A stretch of 63,978 nucleotides of DNA, the filler included, from Intoshia linei (lineage: Eukaryota; Animalia; Orthonectida), in NCBI GenBank assembly GCA_001642005.1. It is 6 parts of 6 records of this genome, joined end to end, with 100 filler letters (N's around TTAATTAATTAA, not from the genome) between each part and the next. Parts side by side here need not be neighbours in the genome. Positions count along the whole stretch, not along the records: positions 33,585 to 44,674 come from LWCA01001199.1; positions 44,775 to 55,181 come from LWCA01001281.1; 4 more parts are not named here. One strand, given 5' to 3'. The position numbers were made by a program, and so were the translations under genes. This document shows, piece after piece, positions 37,299 through 50,790 of the stretch. The notes beneath the pieces are model-generated. The model ran no database searches. It saw only the letters and a program-made list of their open reading frames with translations, and was not told where the DNA came from. Each line of letters opens with the position of its first letter. The stretch's first letter is position 1.

Positions 37299-40200
37299 AT
37301 GGAAGAGTTGGAGAAAGTTTTCAACAAGAACAGTGTTACTGCTGAGGATATTGAACAGAGTAGTATGCTTAGAGGTCTCCAGGAATTGAAGTATCCGGCA
37401 CATTGCCCCTATTCTAATGCTTTGGAGCATAAGAATGAAGGAAATGGGTTTTTTGGTAAGAAGGATTATACATGTGCAATCGAATATTATTCTGAGGCTC
37501 TCAATATTCTCATTACTCAAAAAGTTCAATCTGAAGGGAATGAGGTCAATTTACTTTTTGGTCAACTGTACAATAATCGGTCTGCCGCCAATTTTTATTT
37601 AGGTATTTTTTATATGCATTATAATTTTTTCATTGATCTTTACTTGTGGAAAATTTGATGAGTCTATCTATCTATAAAATCAGACTACTGAAGAGTATTT
37701 TCCTTTGATGGTTATGAATCAGGTCAAAAAACATTATTATCATTTTATTACCCAATATTCCTAAATTATGCAAAACAAATATATTTTAGAGCAGGAATAT
37801 CAATTATGCGGCCCGCGTTATAATGTAAATTTTTATTTTTTACACATATTTTTTATTTTACAGTTTTTTCATATATTTTTGATGATTTATTTATTCATTA
37901 TTACAATTTTAACATTATTTTTACACTTATTCCATTTTTATTATTTCATATTTCATTTTATGAATTAAAATTATTAATAAATTAATTAAATCTTAGTTTT
38001 AACATAATTTTTTGAGTAAAGATTTTTTTGTGCGGCCCGCGTAATAATTTTTTTTCACATTTAGTCAGCCAAGCAAATTGAGTTTTACATTCCTGTTATA
38101 GAGTAATATCATTTCAAAATTAACATCAGTGTACTTTACTTATTGATACTCTTGGCGATAAAAGTAATATCAAAAATTCCGCTAACCGGCTATTAAAATC
38201 CGTACCCAAAGGGACGCATGGATCCACGGAAAACACTGTATTACTCGAAAGATGGTTTCAAATGGGTTTTTGTTGTATTATATTGGTTCCTGTTATAATT
38301 GCTATTTGGCACAGAAATTATATATGTTTTTGTAGAAAATTATCGATCTGCTTTTAATTATGGAAAAATGTGCCTAAAGTTTGATAAAAATAATTTTAAG
38401 TCATTCCAAAGGTGTTTAAAATGCTGTATATATATTAAAGATTTTGAAAATTTCAGAAAATTATACGGAAATTATGTATTCTTTCTAGTTTTTTTTAGTA
38501 ATTTATATTAGAAAAATTTTCAAATTGAATGCAAAGATTTGTATGACAAATATATTCAAGAAAAGGTAATATTCATTATTTCAAATTACAGTAATACCTC
38601 GCTTAACGAACAAATTAAAAAACACAAAAAAATAGAAAAATGGGCGAAAATAACTATCGTTTTTACATTGTGTCAATATAAATTAAATTTTTGCTTAACG
38701 AACAAGATCTCGGAACGAATTGGTTCGTTATAGTGAGGTATTACTATATAATATAACCATGTTTCATTACTCAAAAACTATACATAAAATTTATTATAAA
38801 CTCAAAATCAATTTCGTAAAAACCAAAATAAATGAGCTAGAATTTAATTTAGAAACACAAAATGGTCCACGAAACATGATACATCCATCAAAGGAATTAC
38901 CAACATAATTATCCATATAAACAAATTTAAAGCTAAAATCCTTATAAAAGGTAAACAGTACATTACTTTTTTGAACATGACGGATTAACATAATATTGAA
39001 ATTTTGTATCTATTTTAACTGGAAAAAGCGGCATTAAATGTGATATTTTTTAAATTCTGGAACTATTAGTTTTTTCAATTATATAAAACACACAAAGAGT
39101 TTTATATAAGTTAGGATGGGTAATTGGTAGTTTTGACCATGAAGGTGGAAGTTTTTGAAATTGAAATCTATAATATTCATGATTTTAAAATCTTCACCAA
39201 ATGTACATTTTAAAAAATTAGATGTTTTGTTTTGATGAATGGAGTTTCTTGCCTTTAAAGATTCAATTTCTGAAATTAAATTTGCCATAAAATCTAATCC
39301 TCGAAAACTATTAGAGATTCATATTTTTCAAACTCTACCTCTTACATAATTAAACTGAAACAAACTAAATTAACACTAAAAAAACTGTTACCCTCTTTAA
39401 AATTTATGTACAAAAAAATACTCTAAACCTCTCTTTAAAATATAGTACAAAAAAATATAAATTTAAATTTGAAAAATTATCAAAAATGTGAAAAAAATGA
39501 TTAAAAAGGATATCATCACTAAGTGTTGTATTCAGTATTTAGTTTCTAGAGCAGTGGTTCTCAACCTTTTTTTATAATTCCTTCACCAATCATTACTTCA
39601 TTTATGACCAAATTTTAAAATATACTATACCATTTTAAATTCGCCAAACTATAATTCATTTTCACCCAACTGAATTTTATTTTCTCCCAGCTGAATTTAA
39701 TACATTAAATTAATTTATAATTATACAGTATTCTCTCTATAACTCGCCATTCTAGGGATTTAGAAAAAGTTGGGAAAATTGAGAGTTAAAACTATAGAAA
39801 CAGAAGTTGAAATTTTTAAGAAAGGGTGATTTGTGGTTTTGATTATGAAAATATACGTTTCTAAGGCTGAGATTTACGACAATGTTAATGGTTTCAATGT
39901 TAATTTTAATGCGTACCAGTTGATTAAAAAGTTGATTAAAATTTGTGTAGCCTAGTGAAACTGATTGGAACACACTGACCTGAGCATGGTAGGTTCGCCT
40001 CTGGGTACGATTGAATTAATAGAATTGATACATGTATGTTGAATTTTGTAAATTGGAGAAAAATTTTAAAATTTAATAATAGATTACATTTGAGAAAAAG
40101 AATGCTGTTGAATTTATGGATATTCGGAAACAATACGATTATTATATGGACTTGTTTGATGAAATTGTGGTATTTTAAATTTTTTGTAATGTGCTGTCAT

Positions 40201-41953
40201 TATTGATTACACTATTAAATCTTATATTATTCAGGTGGAATGATAAACTAATGAGTGTGTCAGGGACAAAATTCCCGGGATTTCGTGATAAATTTACTTA
40301 AATATATCTAGTGTAATTAGTGTAAAATATAATATAAAATAGCTACTGAAATAAAACTTTTCATTTTCATAAAAATGGTATTTCGTGGTAAGATTTACGA
40401 TAATGTTAATGATTTTAAAAAATGTCACTGAATGTATGATTTTTAAAGTTTTATGACTTTTTTTATTCTCTCATAATTAAGCGTAGTCGATTTGCTGGTA
40501 TCAGCAATTTTTTTTAAATATATAAATGACTAATTTGTAAACTGACGCTTTTGAGCCACAAATTGTTAATGTTTAGAACTAAGTACTTGAAAAAAAGGGT
40601 TTTTCCTTCATCGTTGCTAAAATTTTGGTTTTTTATTTTGTGGCTGAATTAAGAGTTTATTCTAGTCAGGTTTTTAGTAAAATCGTAAAATAAAAGTTTA
40701 CAAAAAAATGTATGAAAATAGATTTTACCTTAAATTTATGCTTAAAGATTGATAAAATTGAACTTGTTATTTTGGCGTTGGATTGAAAGGTTTTTGTAAA
40801 ATTGTAAGAAAGGCGTTTTTACATAAAGGTATTTAAACGGTATTTTTTATTAAATATTATTACATTTTATTAAACCTTGAATTTTTAAAATAATAAATTA
40901 GCGGTAGTTTAGGTTTTGGGATAAAATCCCAAAATTTGGCAAGTTTGCAATAATGTATTTTACAAAATAAACTAATTTTTTAATTTTGCTGGTTATAAAA
41001 CTAGAAATGCTGGTACTACTATAATACCAAAAATGTGTAATGCTGGTAATAAATTTTTATCAGCAAATCAGTTAATATCTTTGCTCATAATGAATGATAA
41101 ATGCTAAATAGTATAATCTCAATGAAAAATTAAGTATGGTCATTTTTTATTACTAAAACAAATTTTGAATTATTTTAAAAACTATTAAAATTTGGGGTTT
41201 TTAAATTCTACGACTTTTATTTTTTAAATTAAACAGTAACACACAGATATTCGATTCTATAAAATCAAGGATAGCTCATAAATACAATATACATGTAACT
41301 AGAATTTTGTTTACTTTGTCATACTGAACATGACATAAAAAATCGACTTTATTATTAATTAATTTTAAAAAAATGGCGTTCCAGTAAATTCAATGGCAGG
41401 TCATTTGGAGTTGACTGATTCACACTTTTAAAGATTGAAAATTTGAAAATTTATTATGATAAAACTAATTTAGGACAAACGAAATATTAAATTGTTGAAT
41501 GTTTCTGATGTTGTTAAATTTAAACAATGTTTAAGTTCTCATGAAGTAAAACCGGTAAAATTGGTGGATTCAGCTTTAACATGGCAATTGAGATTACTTT
41601 ACCCTGAAGAATTCAAATTTGACATATTAACTGATTTTCAGGAAGACGAAATGTATTTTTTTCATTAATTTTTTTTACCGTTTAATAAGGATTAATTTTA
41701 AGAGTATTGTTTTTTTTAGATTATCCGACCGTTTAAATTTTATGTTTGCAGAAATTAACAAAGAATCTGAAAAGCCAATACACGTGTCTGATATTAACGT
41801 CTATATTCGAATGGCATCTTTACATGGAAAAATTAGAAAAATTGAAAATATCCATCTACCTCTCAAAACTGTTTTAAAAAAGTAATATATATTTAATTTA
41901 TTTAAAGCAGGTTACTCATATGGGCCACTGGAGCTGACACTCAGTTTCTATGA
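37299..41953 (+). CDS. TTC4: TPR co-chaperone TTC4/Cns1
   Basis: Exons 37299-37602, 38336-38475, 38512-38565, 40083-40169, 41474-41652, 41720-41881, plus an uncertain last exon (stop at 41885, 41953 or 41990). TPR HKNEGNGFF..KDY..AI.YYSEAL...LYNNRSAANFYLENYRSA; wheel domain RNIKL...LTWQLRLLYPE..FD....FQED. Confidence 0.88.
37792..38095. mobile_element. hAT (Charlie-like) MITE in TTC4 intron 1
   Basis: CAGGAAT.. TIRs; TSD TTTTAGAG / TTATAGAG; repeated tgcggcccgcg motif. A related element lies at ~20765-20925. Confidence 0.8.
38589..38746. mobile_element. Tigger-like MITE in TTC4 intron 3
   Basis: TA flanks; TIR CAGTAATACCTCGCTTAACGAAC vs reverse-complemented TAGTAATACCTCACTATAACGAAC. Confidence 0.85.
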
Positions 41954-44674
41954 TGCGGACTTTTATACATTGTTTTTTAAATATAACTGAATTTGATTAA
42001 CCCGTTTTAATTTCTAAATCTTTCCCCAATAGTATTCAGAACATGTCATAACGACTTATCCTAATTGAAGAAAATTTTTTAAATTTATAAAAATTAATAA
42101 GTTTTGATTTATCAATTTATAAATATCGGAGAATTATATCCAAAGTATCACACTTGTATCTACTTGTGGATATTATCCACATGAGAATAACATATAGAGT
42201 TAATCAGTATATTTAAATCAAGTTTTTGGATAAATCTTGGAGGTGTTGAACCAAATGATGTTATTTTGTTTATTATTAATTATTGAACATTTTTAAATGT
42301 TTAATTTTTAATTAAAATTTTTTAATTGAATCTTGTGTTTATAAATTGCCGCTGGCTATTAAATTAAAAGATTTACATTAAAGACTACATCTTGAATTTA
42401 ATTTTAATCCCGTATAATTGAAATTATTCAATTTAATTGATTGATTTTTCGGCTTTTTTAATTTCTACAATATAACTACTCATCATTATTAACATGTGTC
42501 ACTGAATTGTCGTATTTATCTTGTACTTGACTTCACAAACCGTTATTTAATATACTATATAATTAATTTTTTTAATTTTACAATTAGATCCCAAATGGAA
42601 AATTGCACACCATGCCTATACATTCTGTTTAAAACATCACATAAATTTAACAATACATTTATATTACAAAATGAATAAATGAAAATTATTTAATGTACAA
42701 ATGGACAATTAAAATTATTAAATTATTAAAATGTATAGACTTAAAATCTTAATCAATAGCATTTCCGGTCCAACTATACAATTAAATACTGATAAGAATT
42801 TCAACAAAATCACCCAAAACAAAATTATTTAAAATCCAAGTCAAAAATGTACACATTAATTCCATGTCAAGTACTCAATTTTATAATTTATGACATTAAA
42901 AAGTTTAAAAGTTTCGTTTAGTATTACATTAAAAGTTATCAATCTAGTCCAAGGTTGGATGATTTCCAGAAAAGATCAAAAATGTGTTTATATTTAATTA
43001 GTCATAAATCACTGGAATATGTAGATTTAGATACAAACGAGTGTAAAATGTTTTGTATTCATCCCAGTTCAAGTTACTTTTATTATATCCATTGTATCAA
43101 TGTATTCAACTGTGAAATCTTGTATTTATGATTTCATTTAAAAATCTGACTCATCGTATTTTATTTTAATGGCATTGTAATTGAAATTTGGAATATGATA
43201 ATGAGTAAAATTAAATTTTACTAAATTCCAAAATTATTCTACATTTTGTATATTATGTTAATATTTCACAATGTAAAATTAAGTATTTGCACCATTTTAA
43301 TTTTAATTAACAATTTTGAATAAAAACAATAGATTAATATTTAAAACAATGCCATTCATTAAGTTTAAAATTTCAAGAATTTGTACAATGTATATTACAT
43401 GCTTTTCCATACTTGTGGGCGTAAAATTATTCATTGAAATCACCGTATACAGTTTTAATAAATTTCAATGGAGATTTCAACAATTACCAACTGTCTTCAT
43501 TAAATAATTAATTAAGCGTGATGCTTTTTTATGTCTAGTGTTTTTACGCATTATCTTGAACATAATTTGTTTGAATGGGTTAAGGACTCTAGTACTCATT
43601 TAAATTTATTAATATAATGGAAGATTTTTAATTAATGTATTTAATTTATATTTTATTTTAATTTTTAATTTTTTCATAATTGTAAAAGTAACCCTCGTTT
43701 TTAAAAATTTTCTTTTCCTTTTTGAAAAGTCATCTTTGTACTATGTATACTTGTCATATTTCAAATTTTATCAGAGTTCAATCGAATCTGTTTAATCAAA
43801 TAAGTTTATCCCAACATTTTGATTTATAAATATATCTAATCATTAAATTTACTTTTATCTGTCGGTTATCATTCAATTTGTTAAAAATAGAATTTAATAG
43901 ATCCAAGTAATTACTTTTCATTCAATCGAAACCGTTTTTACTTGTTTTCTTTTTTATGAAATTATTAATATCTATATCACTATATTATAAAGTCTGTCCT
44001 ATATGAACATGCAATATCAGTTTTTGAGAGTGTTCATTGACTTATAATACGAAAATTCGAAATATTACCTAAACTGAGAACATTGCAAAAGTACGCGTAA
44101 AACCGTTACCCAGATTATATTCAATTTACGTTTATGTTAATTGATAATTATATTATTATAATTATTTAGTTTCTTTTAAATTTGATTTTTTGTATACGTA
44201 CTTTTATACTGTCTATGGGTAAATAAGAATATACGGAAAATTTGAGAAGATACTGGTCATGATTCATGACAGTGAGTCTTGATTAGCGCATCGTAACCAA
44301 ATAAAAGATTTTCTGTGGATTAGAAAAATTTTTCAAGTTTATAGTACAAGAACAAAAAGTAGTTTTTTTCGTACAAAAATTTAAAATCAAAAAAATATGT
44401 CATTGTTTGTTTGCCTTAAGTAAAATGGTGTACAGCTTGTTAAAAATTTTTCCCTCGGTACAGTTAAAATGGGGGGGGGGGTCGCATTTGATCATTTTTA
44501 CTATTTACGGCACTCTATTTCTTTTTAAAAAAGACATGCATCATATTTTGTAACTATTAAATATTTTTTACTTTTGTTCATAATCCAAAATAATAAATAT
44601 GATTTATTATGTAAAAATGTAATCTAAATACTTTAAAACAGGGGTTTCCAAACTCCTTTTGCCTACCGCCCCCC

Positions 44675-44774
44675 NNNNNNNNNNNNNNNNNNNNNNNNNN
44701 NNNNNNNNNNNNNNNNNNTTAATTAATTAANNNNNNNNNNNNNNNNNNNNNNNNNNNNNNNNNNNNNNNNNNNN
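44675..44774. other. Assembly gap with linker
   Basis: N-run with TTAATTAATTAA at 44719-44730. Confidence 0.97.
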
Positions 44775-44828
44775 CAGTATTTAGTTGATTGTTGTAAAAT
44801 ATCATATCTTCTTGACATAACCATTCAC

Positions 44829-44975
44829 CATTTTTCTTAGTTTATCAAAAACTATTTTGATTGTATTTAAGAAATCTGCCTTGTTATCCTTCAAATACTT
44901 TTCATACCTTTCCATCCACTTCAATAGACGGGCCTTAACTTGCTGTTTTGTAATATGTGGAATCAAAAGTGTTAT
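44829..44975 (-). CDS. Orphan 147-nt exon resembling the last helices of a VHS domain (GGA/TOM1/Hrs-like)
   Basis: AG and GT flanks, phase 0-0: ITLLIPHITKQQVKARLLKWMERYEKYLKDNKADFLNTIKIVFDKLRKM. Confidence 0.4.
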
Positions 44976-46579
44976 CTAAAGTCCGATAAGCTCAATAATA
45001 GTGATAAGTTCGATAATTAAAAAAAATTAAAAAATTAATTTAGATACAACTCTGTGATCATTAGAATGGCGCTTTTCTTAAATAATTGTATAGATAAGGT
45101 GGTATTTGTTCAATTTTATTGTTCATTATATCATGAATATCATTTTTTTAAGTCGAATATCCTTTAAAAAAAATATTGACTTTATGGCATTTAATTGCAT
45201 TTATTGAATATAAATTGTTAATTAGCTTATTAATAAACATAATATTAATATCATGATGGTTGTAATTTCATGCTGATTATCATATAAAAAATGACATTTT
45301 GCCATAAAAAACTGCCCTAATCATTACACAAACTGTGGTTCTTAAACTTTTTCCACCATGGACCAATTATCAACAAAAAAATCGCTTTAAAATCTAACTA
45401 AGGTAATATTTATGTTTTAATTATATATTCATCCTTAAATCGAAAAATTTAAAATGTGGAATAGAAAAGATTTTACCTACATTTTAAAGTAGTAGCTTTT
45501 ATGGCACGGGTCGGCAACCAGTGGCCCACAGAATAATTTTGATGAGCTTTATGTAAGGTGAGAATTTATGTAAATTATATATTTGTATTTATGTTAATAT
45601 ATATTTTTCAGCTTTTAAGCTTGGAATTGTATGTTAATTAACATATAAAAAATTAACTTTATTAACTTTTACTTGCCCTAATGATCACGTTACGTGATTC
45701 ACGTATAAAAATTTTTGGCTTAAAATTTGTTCTTTATTCAAAGTTTAATTAGTAACTTTTAGACAAATCGAGTAATTTTATTTAAGAGAAACATTAATAG
45801 AAATGTACCAAAGGAATGTATTTTGATTTATGACACTATAGAAAAAAAATTCATTTTGGAAAAAATATCATGCAACGTTAAAGTCAAAATGCACTAAGTT
45901 TGAATATTTATGTTGTATATCAAGATTTTACAATTATAGCAAAATTAAAGTTTTCTAAACCTTATAATTTAATGAAAAAAAATTTATACATAATTTTAAT
46001 AAACGTTATGTTAATACATTTGAGTGAATAATACTTCGCAGTGTTAGAGTTATAATGTTCTATTTTCATAAAAATAGTTTTGCATAAATCGAATTTAGAG
46101 TTTAAAAGTACTATATTGCTTAAAATAAATTTTTATATTGAAATTTAATTATAGAATTTAGTTTGTTAATATTTGTTAAAGTATATTGAAAAGTTTCGTA
46201 CGATAAAAATATAAACATAAGTGTTTTTCAGAACTTAAATTTCACTACTGGAACAATCAGTCTAACTATTTGATTTGAAAAAAAAGTTATTATTATTGCA
46301 ACATATAATTGAATAGTTACAGCGTCTATAATTATAATGTTAGCGTCTAAATTAATAGAAGTAGAATTTATTTTATATATACATAACGTTATTTTTTATA
46401 AAACTAACTTTTAATTTATTGAATTAACCCAGCATTCGGCAAAATTATTTCTAACGCGGGCTACATTGATCATGTCGCGGGATGCACAAATTTCGTGAAA
46501 CCACATAAAACAATAACAGTGGTTTCTGTTCAATATGAATACTGTATAATATGAATTCACGCTTTCATTTATATATATA

Positions 46580-48382
46580 CAGTCAACCCACTAAAATTTA
46601 CGTTTCTAATATTTACGTTTTTCCCAAATTTACGCAAAAATAAATACTTTATTATGCATTTACATAGAAACTTTCAAAATTTACAGATTTCTCAAATTTA
46701 CGTTTTTTTATAAAAAAATCATGGTTAACAAAAACCGGCAAAAAAATGCTCACTTACAATCAAAAAAAGATGATAATAGAGTACTATCAGAAAAATAAAA
46801 CAACATTTATAAGACTAGCGGAGATATTTACGGCACGTTTCAAAACAAAAATTAACGACAGAACGATTAAAAATATTATTGACTCAGAAAAGAAAGTTTT
46901 AAATTTTATATCAAATGGATTAGGAACATATTCAAAGGCACCAAAATTAACCAACATAAGAGTGGAAAAAGACCTTATAGAACAAATATTAAATTTTGAA
47001 ATAAAAGGTGGCTTCTTAACAGATGCCTTAATAATAAAAATGGCACAAGAAATTTCTAAGAAACTTCAAATAGACAATCTTAAATTCTGATTTGGGTGGA
47101 TTCAAATTTAAAAAAAGAAATTTTATAAAATCTCGAGAACTGCATGTTGAATCTGGAGAAGTTAAAAACAATGAAGAAACTCACGAAACATTTCTAAATC
47201 TAGTTCAATAAAAAATTAAAAAATACGGTAAGTCTAACATTTATAATTCCGATGAAACCGGGTATTTTTCTAAACAGATGCCTACCACGAGTATTACTAC
47301 TAAAGTTAGAAAAGGTTTAAAAAATTTTAAAGAAAAGATTTTGGTGCTTCTTACTGTAAATATGTCTGGAACAGATAAACTAACCCAATATAATTGGGAA
47401 ATCAAAGTTATCGCGGTGCTTTAGAAATTTCCAATATTTTTATTATATTATTGTATTATATTTATAAACACATCGATTATTTTTTCAACGCGAAGAGTTG
47501 GATGACATCACAGATATTTAATAGCTTTTTAATGAAATGGGAAAAAGATCTTAAAAAACAGAAACGAAAAATATGTTTATTTTTAGACAATTTCCCAGGT
47601 CACAAGGTGGTCGTTCAGCTTAGTCACATAGAAATTCAAATGCTTCCGCCTAACACAACATCAAAGCTTCAACACCTTGATGGCGGTATTATAAGATCAT
47701 TTAAAACACACTTTAACTCACAAAAAATTAATGAAATATACAGTAAAATGCAAGGTCAAGAAGTTTCAAACGCTTTTAAATCATTGAACTTAAAAGATGC
47801 TGTTGTTTTTATTGATCTTGCTTGGTCGTCAGTTTTAGAATTAACGATACTTAACTGCTTCAAAGCATTTGGCTGGGAAGATTCTATCTCAACATCTACA
47901 AAAAATGATTCTTTGATAAAACTTGATAATTTAGAGACAGAATACAAAAATTTTTTAAAAGAAGCAGATATTTTAGACAGTATAACTTTTAAAAAAATTT
48001 GTCACACAGATTTTGATGAAAATAATGAGACTTTAATTTTAAACAACGTGATGTCAATTGAAGAAAGTAGTGAGAATGAAAAAGTAAATTTATCTCTAGA
48101 TTTTTCCAAAGAAAAAAGTGATTGCGTTGAAGAAACATCTGAAATAACTTATTCTGATTGCTTAAAAATGGTTGAAAAAATTAACAAATATATTTCACAA
48201 GATAATAATTTTTCTATTGATTGAAAAAAACGGCTTATTTTTTTAAGAAAGTCTCTAATCTCTTTAAATAAAGAGAAAAACGGAATTAAAGTTTATTTAA
48301 TTAAAAGATCGTAATTAAAAATTTTTCTCAAATTTACGTTTTTTTAGAAACACTAGAAACGTAATTATTAGAGGGTTGACTG
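46580..48382 (+). mobile_element. Full-length pogo/Tigger element with a frameshifted transposase
   Basis: TA TSD; ~29-bp TIRs CAGTCAACCC...TTACGTTTCTA; HTH ORF 46746-47090; YNSDETG; DDE ORF to 48224. Confidence 0.95.
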
Positions 48383-48544
48383 TATAATATTTATATATGA
48401 ATTATATGAAAATAAAAGTTAGATTTGTATAGTATTTATTAGTGTTGGCAATTTATTGTAATATTTTTATCGATAAAAAATAATAAACTAATTTAATTGA
48501 AAAATTAATTACAACTGTTATATTATTTATGTTTGTTTATAAAT

Positions 48545-48720
48545 TAGAATTTCAAAAACATTAGAGCATTAACAACATCGGGTGATTTTCTGAATCTTTT
48601 CTTAGTTATATAATGACCAGTTATTGAGAACGCCCTTTTAGCTTCACAACTGGTAGGTTTAATAGACATAATTAAATGGTAAAATTCCTTGTTTTTATTG
48701 TAAAACGATAGAATCATTCT
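48545..48720 (-). mobile_element. hAT dimerisation-domain relic
   Basis: MSIKPTSCEAKRAFSITGHYITKKRFRKSPDVVNALMFLKF. Confidence 0.75.
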
Positions 48721-50259
48721 TGTATTTGTAATATGAATTTATAATTATAAGATTATTTGTAATTTGCTGTAAAGTTAAGATAAATTTAATTATGTCAATA
48801 AAATAAATGCATATTAAAATGACGAAATATATTATTATATATTTAAGAATATTATATATGTAAACATTATAACTGTTATGTGTCAAATTCACACTGGAGC
48901 AGATGGCTAAAGGGCATATCGCATTATGGATTATTCGTGAAACATTTCTTAGTCTCTATTATTGATTTTCGGAAGCTGCAGCATAATATATTCGGTTCTT
49001 TAAAGATGATTAATACGTTAGATTTAGAAAAAAGGAAGCTATCATTAAAAAATATTTTTAAAGATTCAATTGTATCATGTAAATATCGATATACACATCA
49101 AAAGATTTGAAATCAATATGAACGAGTGCATAAAAACAAACGACTATTTTCAAAAAGTGGTCCGTTCAATCTGTCGCTATGTATTATCAATTTTCATTAA
49201 TCAGTTGAATGTAAAATCAAAAAAATGGCAATATGTATAAGTGGAACCAATTTTTAAAAAACACCCTATTACATCGGTTCGTAACCTTTTTCTATTTTCG
49301 CATGCCCAAAAAACCAATAAACTTAAATTACAAAAAAAATGTAATAAACCCCTGGGTGCCTGCACCCCAGGTTTAGATCCCATTCCCTACTGAATTGGAA
49401 TATGGTTTTAGTCTTTACTTTAATTTAATGCTATCAATGATTGAGTTATCGAGCAAAACATTCTTAGTTTAGCCTTGTTCGATAATACAAGGAATAGCAA
49501 AATTAATGTTATCTTATTTTAATAATCATTCATAATAATGAATCATTACTAATGATTTATTCATAGATAAATTAACTTTAATTCAAATTTGGAGAGTAAT
49601 GATACTTTGAGATGATATAAACAACACATTCAATTTGTATATGCTTTATTTTTTGTAAATCAAACTAATTTTCAATCATAAATGAAGTAAGCAGAGGTTA
49701 TAAAAGCATAACAAGGTCATAAAAATATATGGATAAGAATAATTATTAGTTAATAATAAAATAACGATTGTATAATCAGCGAAATAACTATAATTGGTAC
49801 TAAAAATTGACTAATCTATACATACTTTGTATTATAGTTCAATACTACTTGAAATTAATATTCAAAATCATCGTGATTGTCATAATTGTTGGATTTTTGT
49901 TTAAATTTGATCCATTTTAAAGAAATTTGATTCATTTTTTATTAGCTTTATCATAACTTCTATGCCAAAATAAATTCAGCACATTTAAAAACATATCGGG
50001 TGAATGTTTCCAACATTGAAAAATCGAATTTTGCCGATATTATTTTGAAAAACACGATTTTACCAAATCTTATGAGAAAAAATCTTTAATTTTTTCATAA
50101 ATGTTTTATTTTTCATGTTTACTTTGGGGTCCAAAAAAATGGATATTTTAAAATGGGGGTCCGTACACTATTTAAATCGGAAACCACTGGTTTATACAGT
50201 CAATTACCATTTTCTTTAAAAATGGTAAGATGTTTAATTAAATTTAAATTATTTTTAAT

Positions 50260-50790
50260 TCTAATCCATAAAGGTGAAAATTATTGGTTGATAACATATT
50301 AAAATTGTTCTTCACCGGGAAGGTATAGATTTCTTGGTTAAAATTTTAATATCTATGTCAACTGGAATAAGCAGCATCAGAATAATCTTTTTGTTAATTC
50401 TGGGATCGTTAAGTGTTTCAAATTATTACGTGTGTTAACTGGAACAACTGCATGAGCCGTACTTGTTTTTAAAATTCTACGAATTTTTTTGATATTTTTA
50501 AAAAAGGGTAATAAGGGTTTTGATCATGAATATGTAAGTTTTTGAGGTTGAGATTTATGATAATGCCTATAATTTTAAAAATTATCACAGAATTTATGTT
50601 TTATAAAATTATAAGACTTTTTTATTTGTAAAAAAAAGGTAATTCGGAATTTTGACCATAGATATGTAAATTTATCAGGTTGAGATTTACGACAATATTA
50701 TTCAATTTGCAACGAGTCCCAGAATGTGTTTTTTTTAAATTTTAGGATGAATTTTAATTTTAAAAAAAAAAAAGAAATTGGGTTGTTTAA
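50260..50790 (-). repeat. Repeat family A internal subunit array
   Basis: Same subunits (ttgagattta.ga.aat, tcaactggaataagc, gtgtgttaactgga). Smaller scraps at ~33750-33900, 39000-39075, 39800-39900, 40380-40450 and 62630-62760. Confidence 0.65.

Noticed and set aside
37670-37695. AATCAGACTACT resembling the RNase P RNA 3' conserved region
   Set aside because: Only ~80 nt from the intron start, and no matching 5' P4 strand (GGAAxxTCTGA).
49340-49390. GC hairpin gggtgc-ct-gcaccc
   Set aside because: Typical subterminal palindrome of Tip100-like hAT MITE ends, not a terminator or ncRNA.
35810-50189. Inverted pair of the same hAT MITE end flanking SRF and TTC4 (possible macro-transposon)
   Set aside because: Flanking 8-mers GTATAGAT and GTTTATAC match only 5/8, which the shared nnnTAnnn target preference explains; a gap lies between them. 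Independent copies are simpler.
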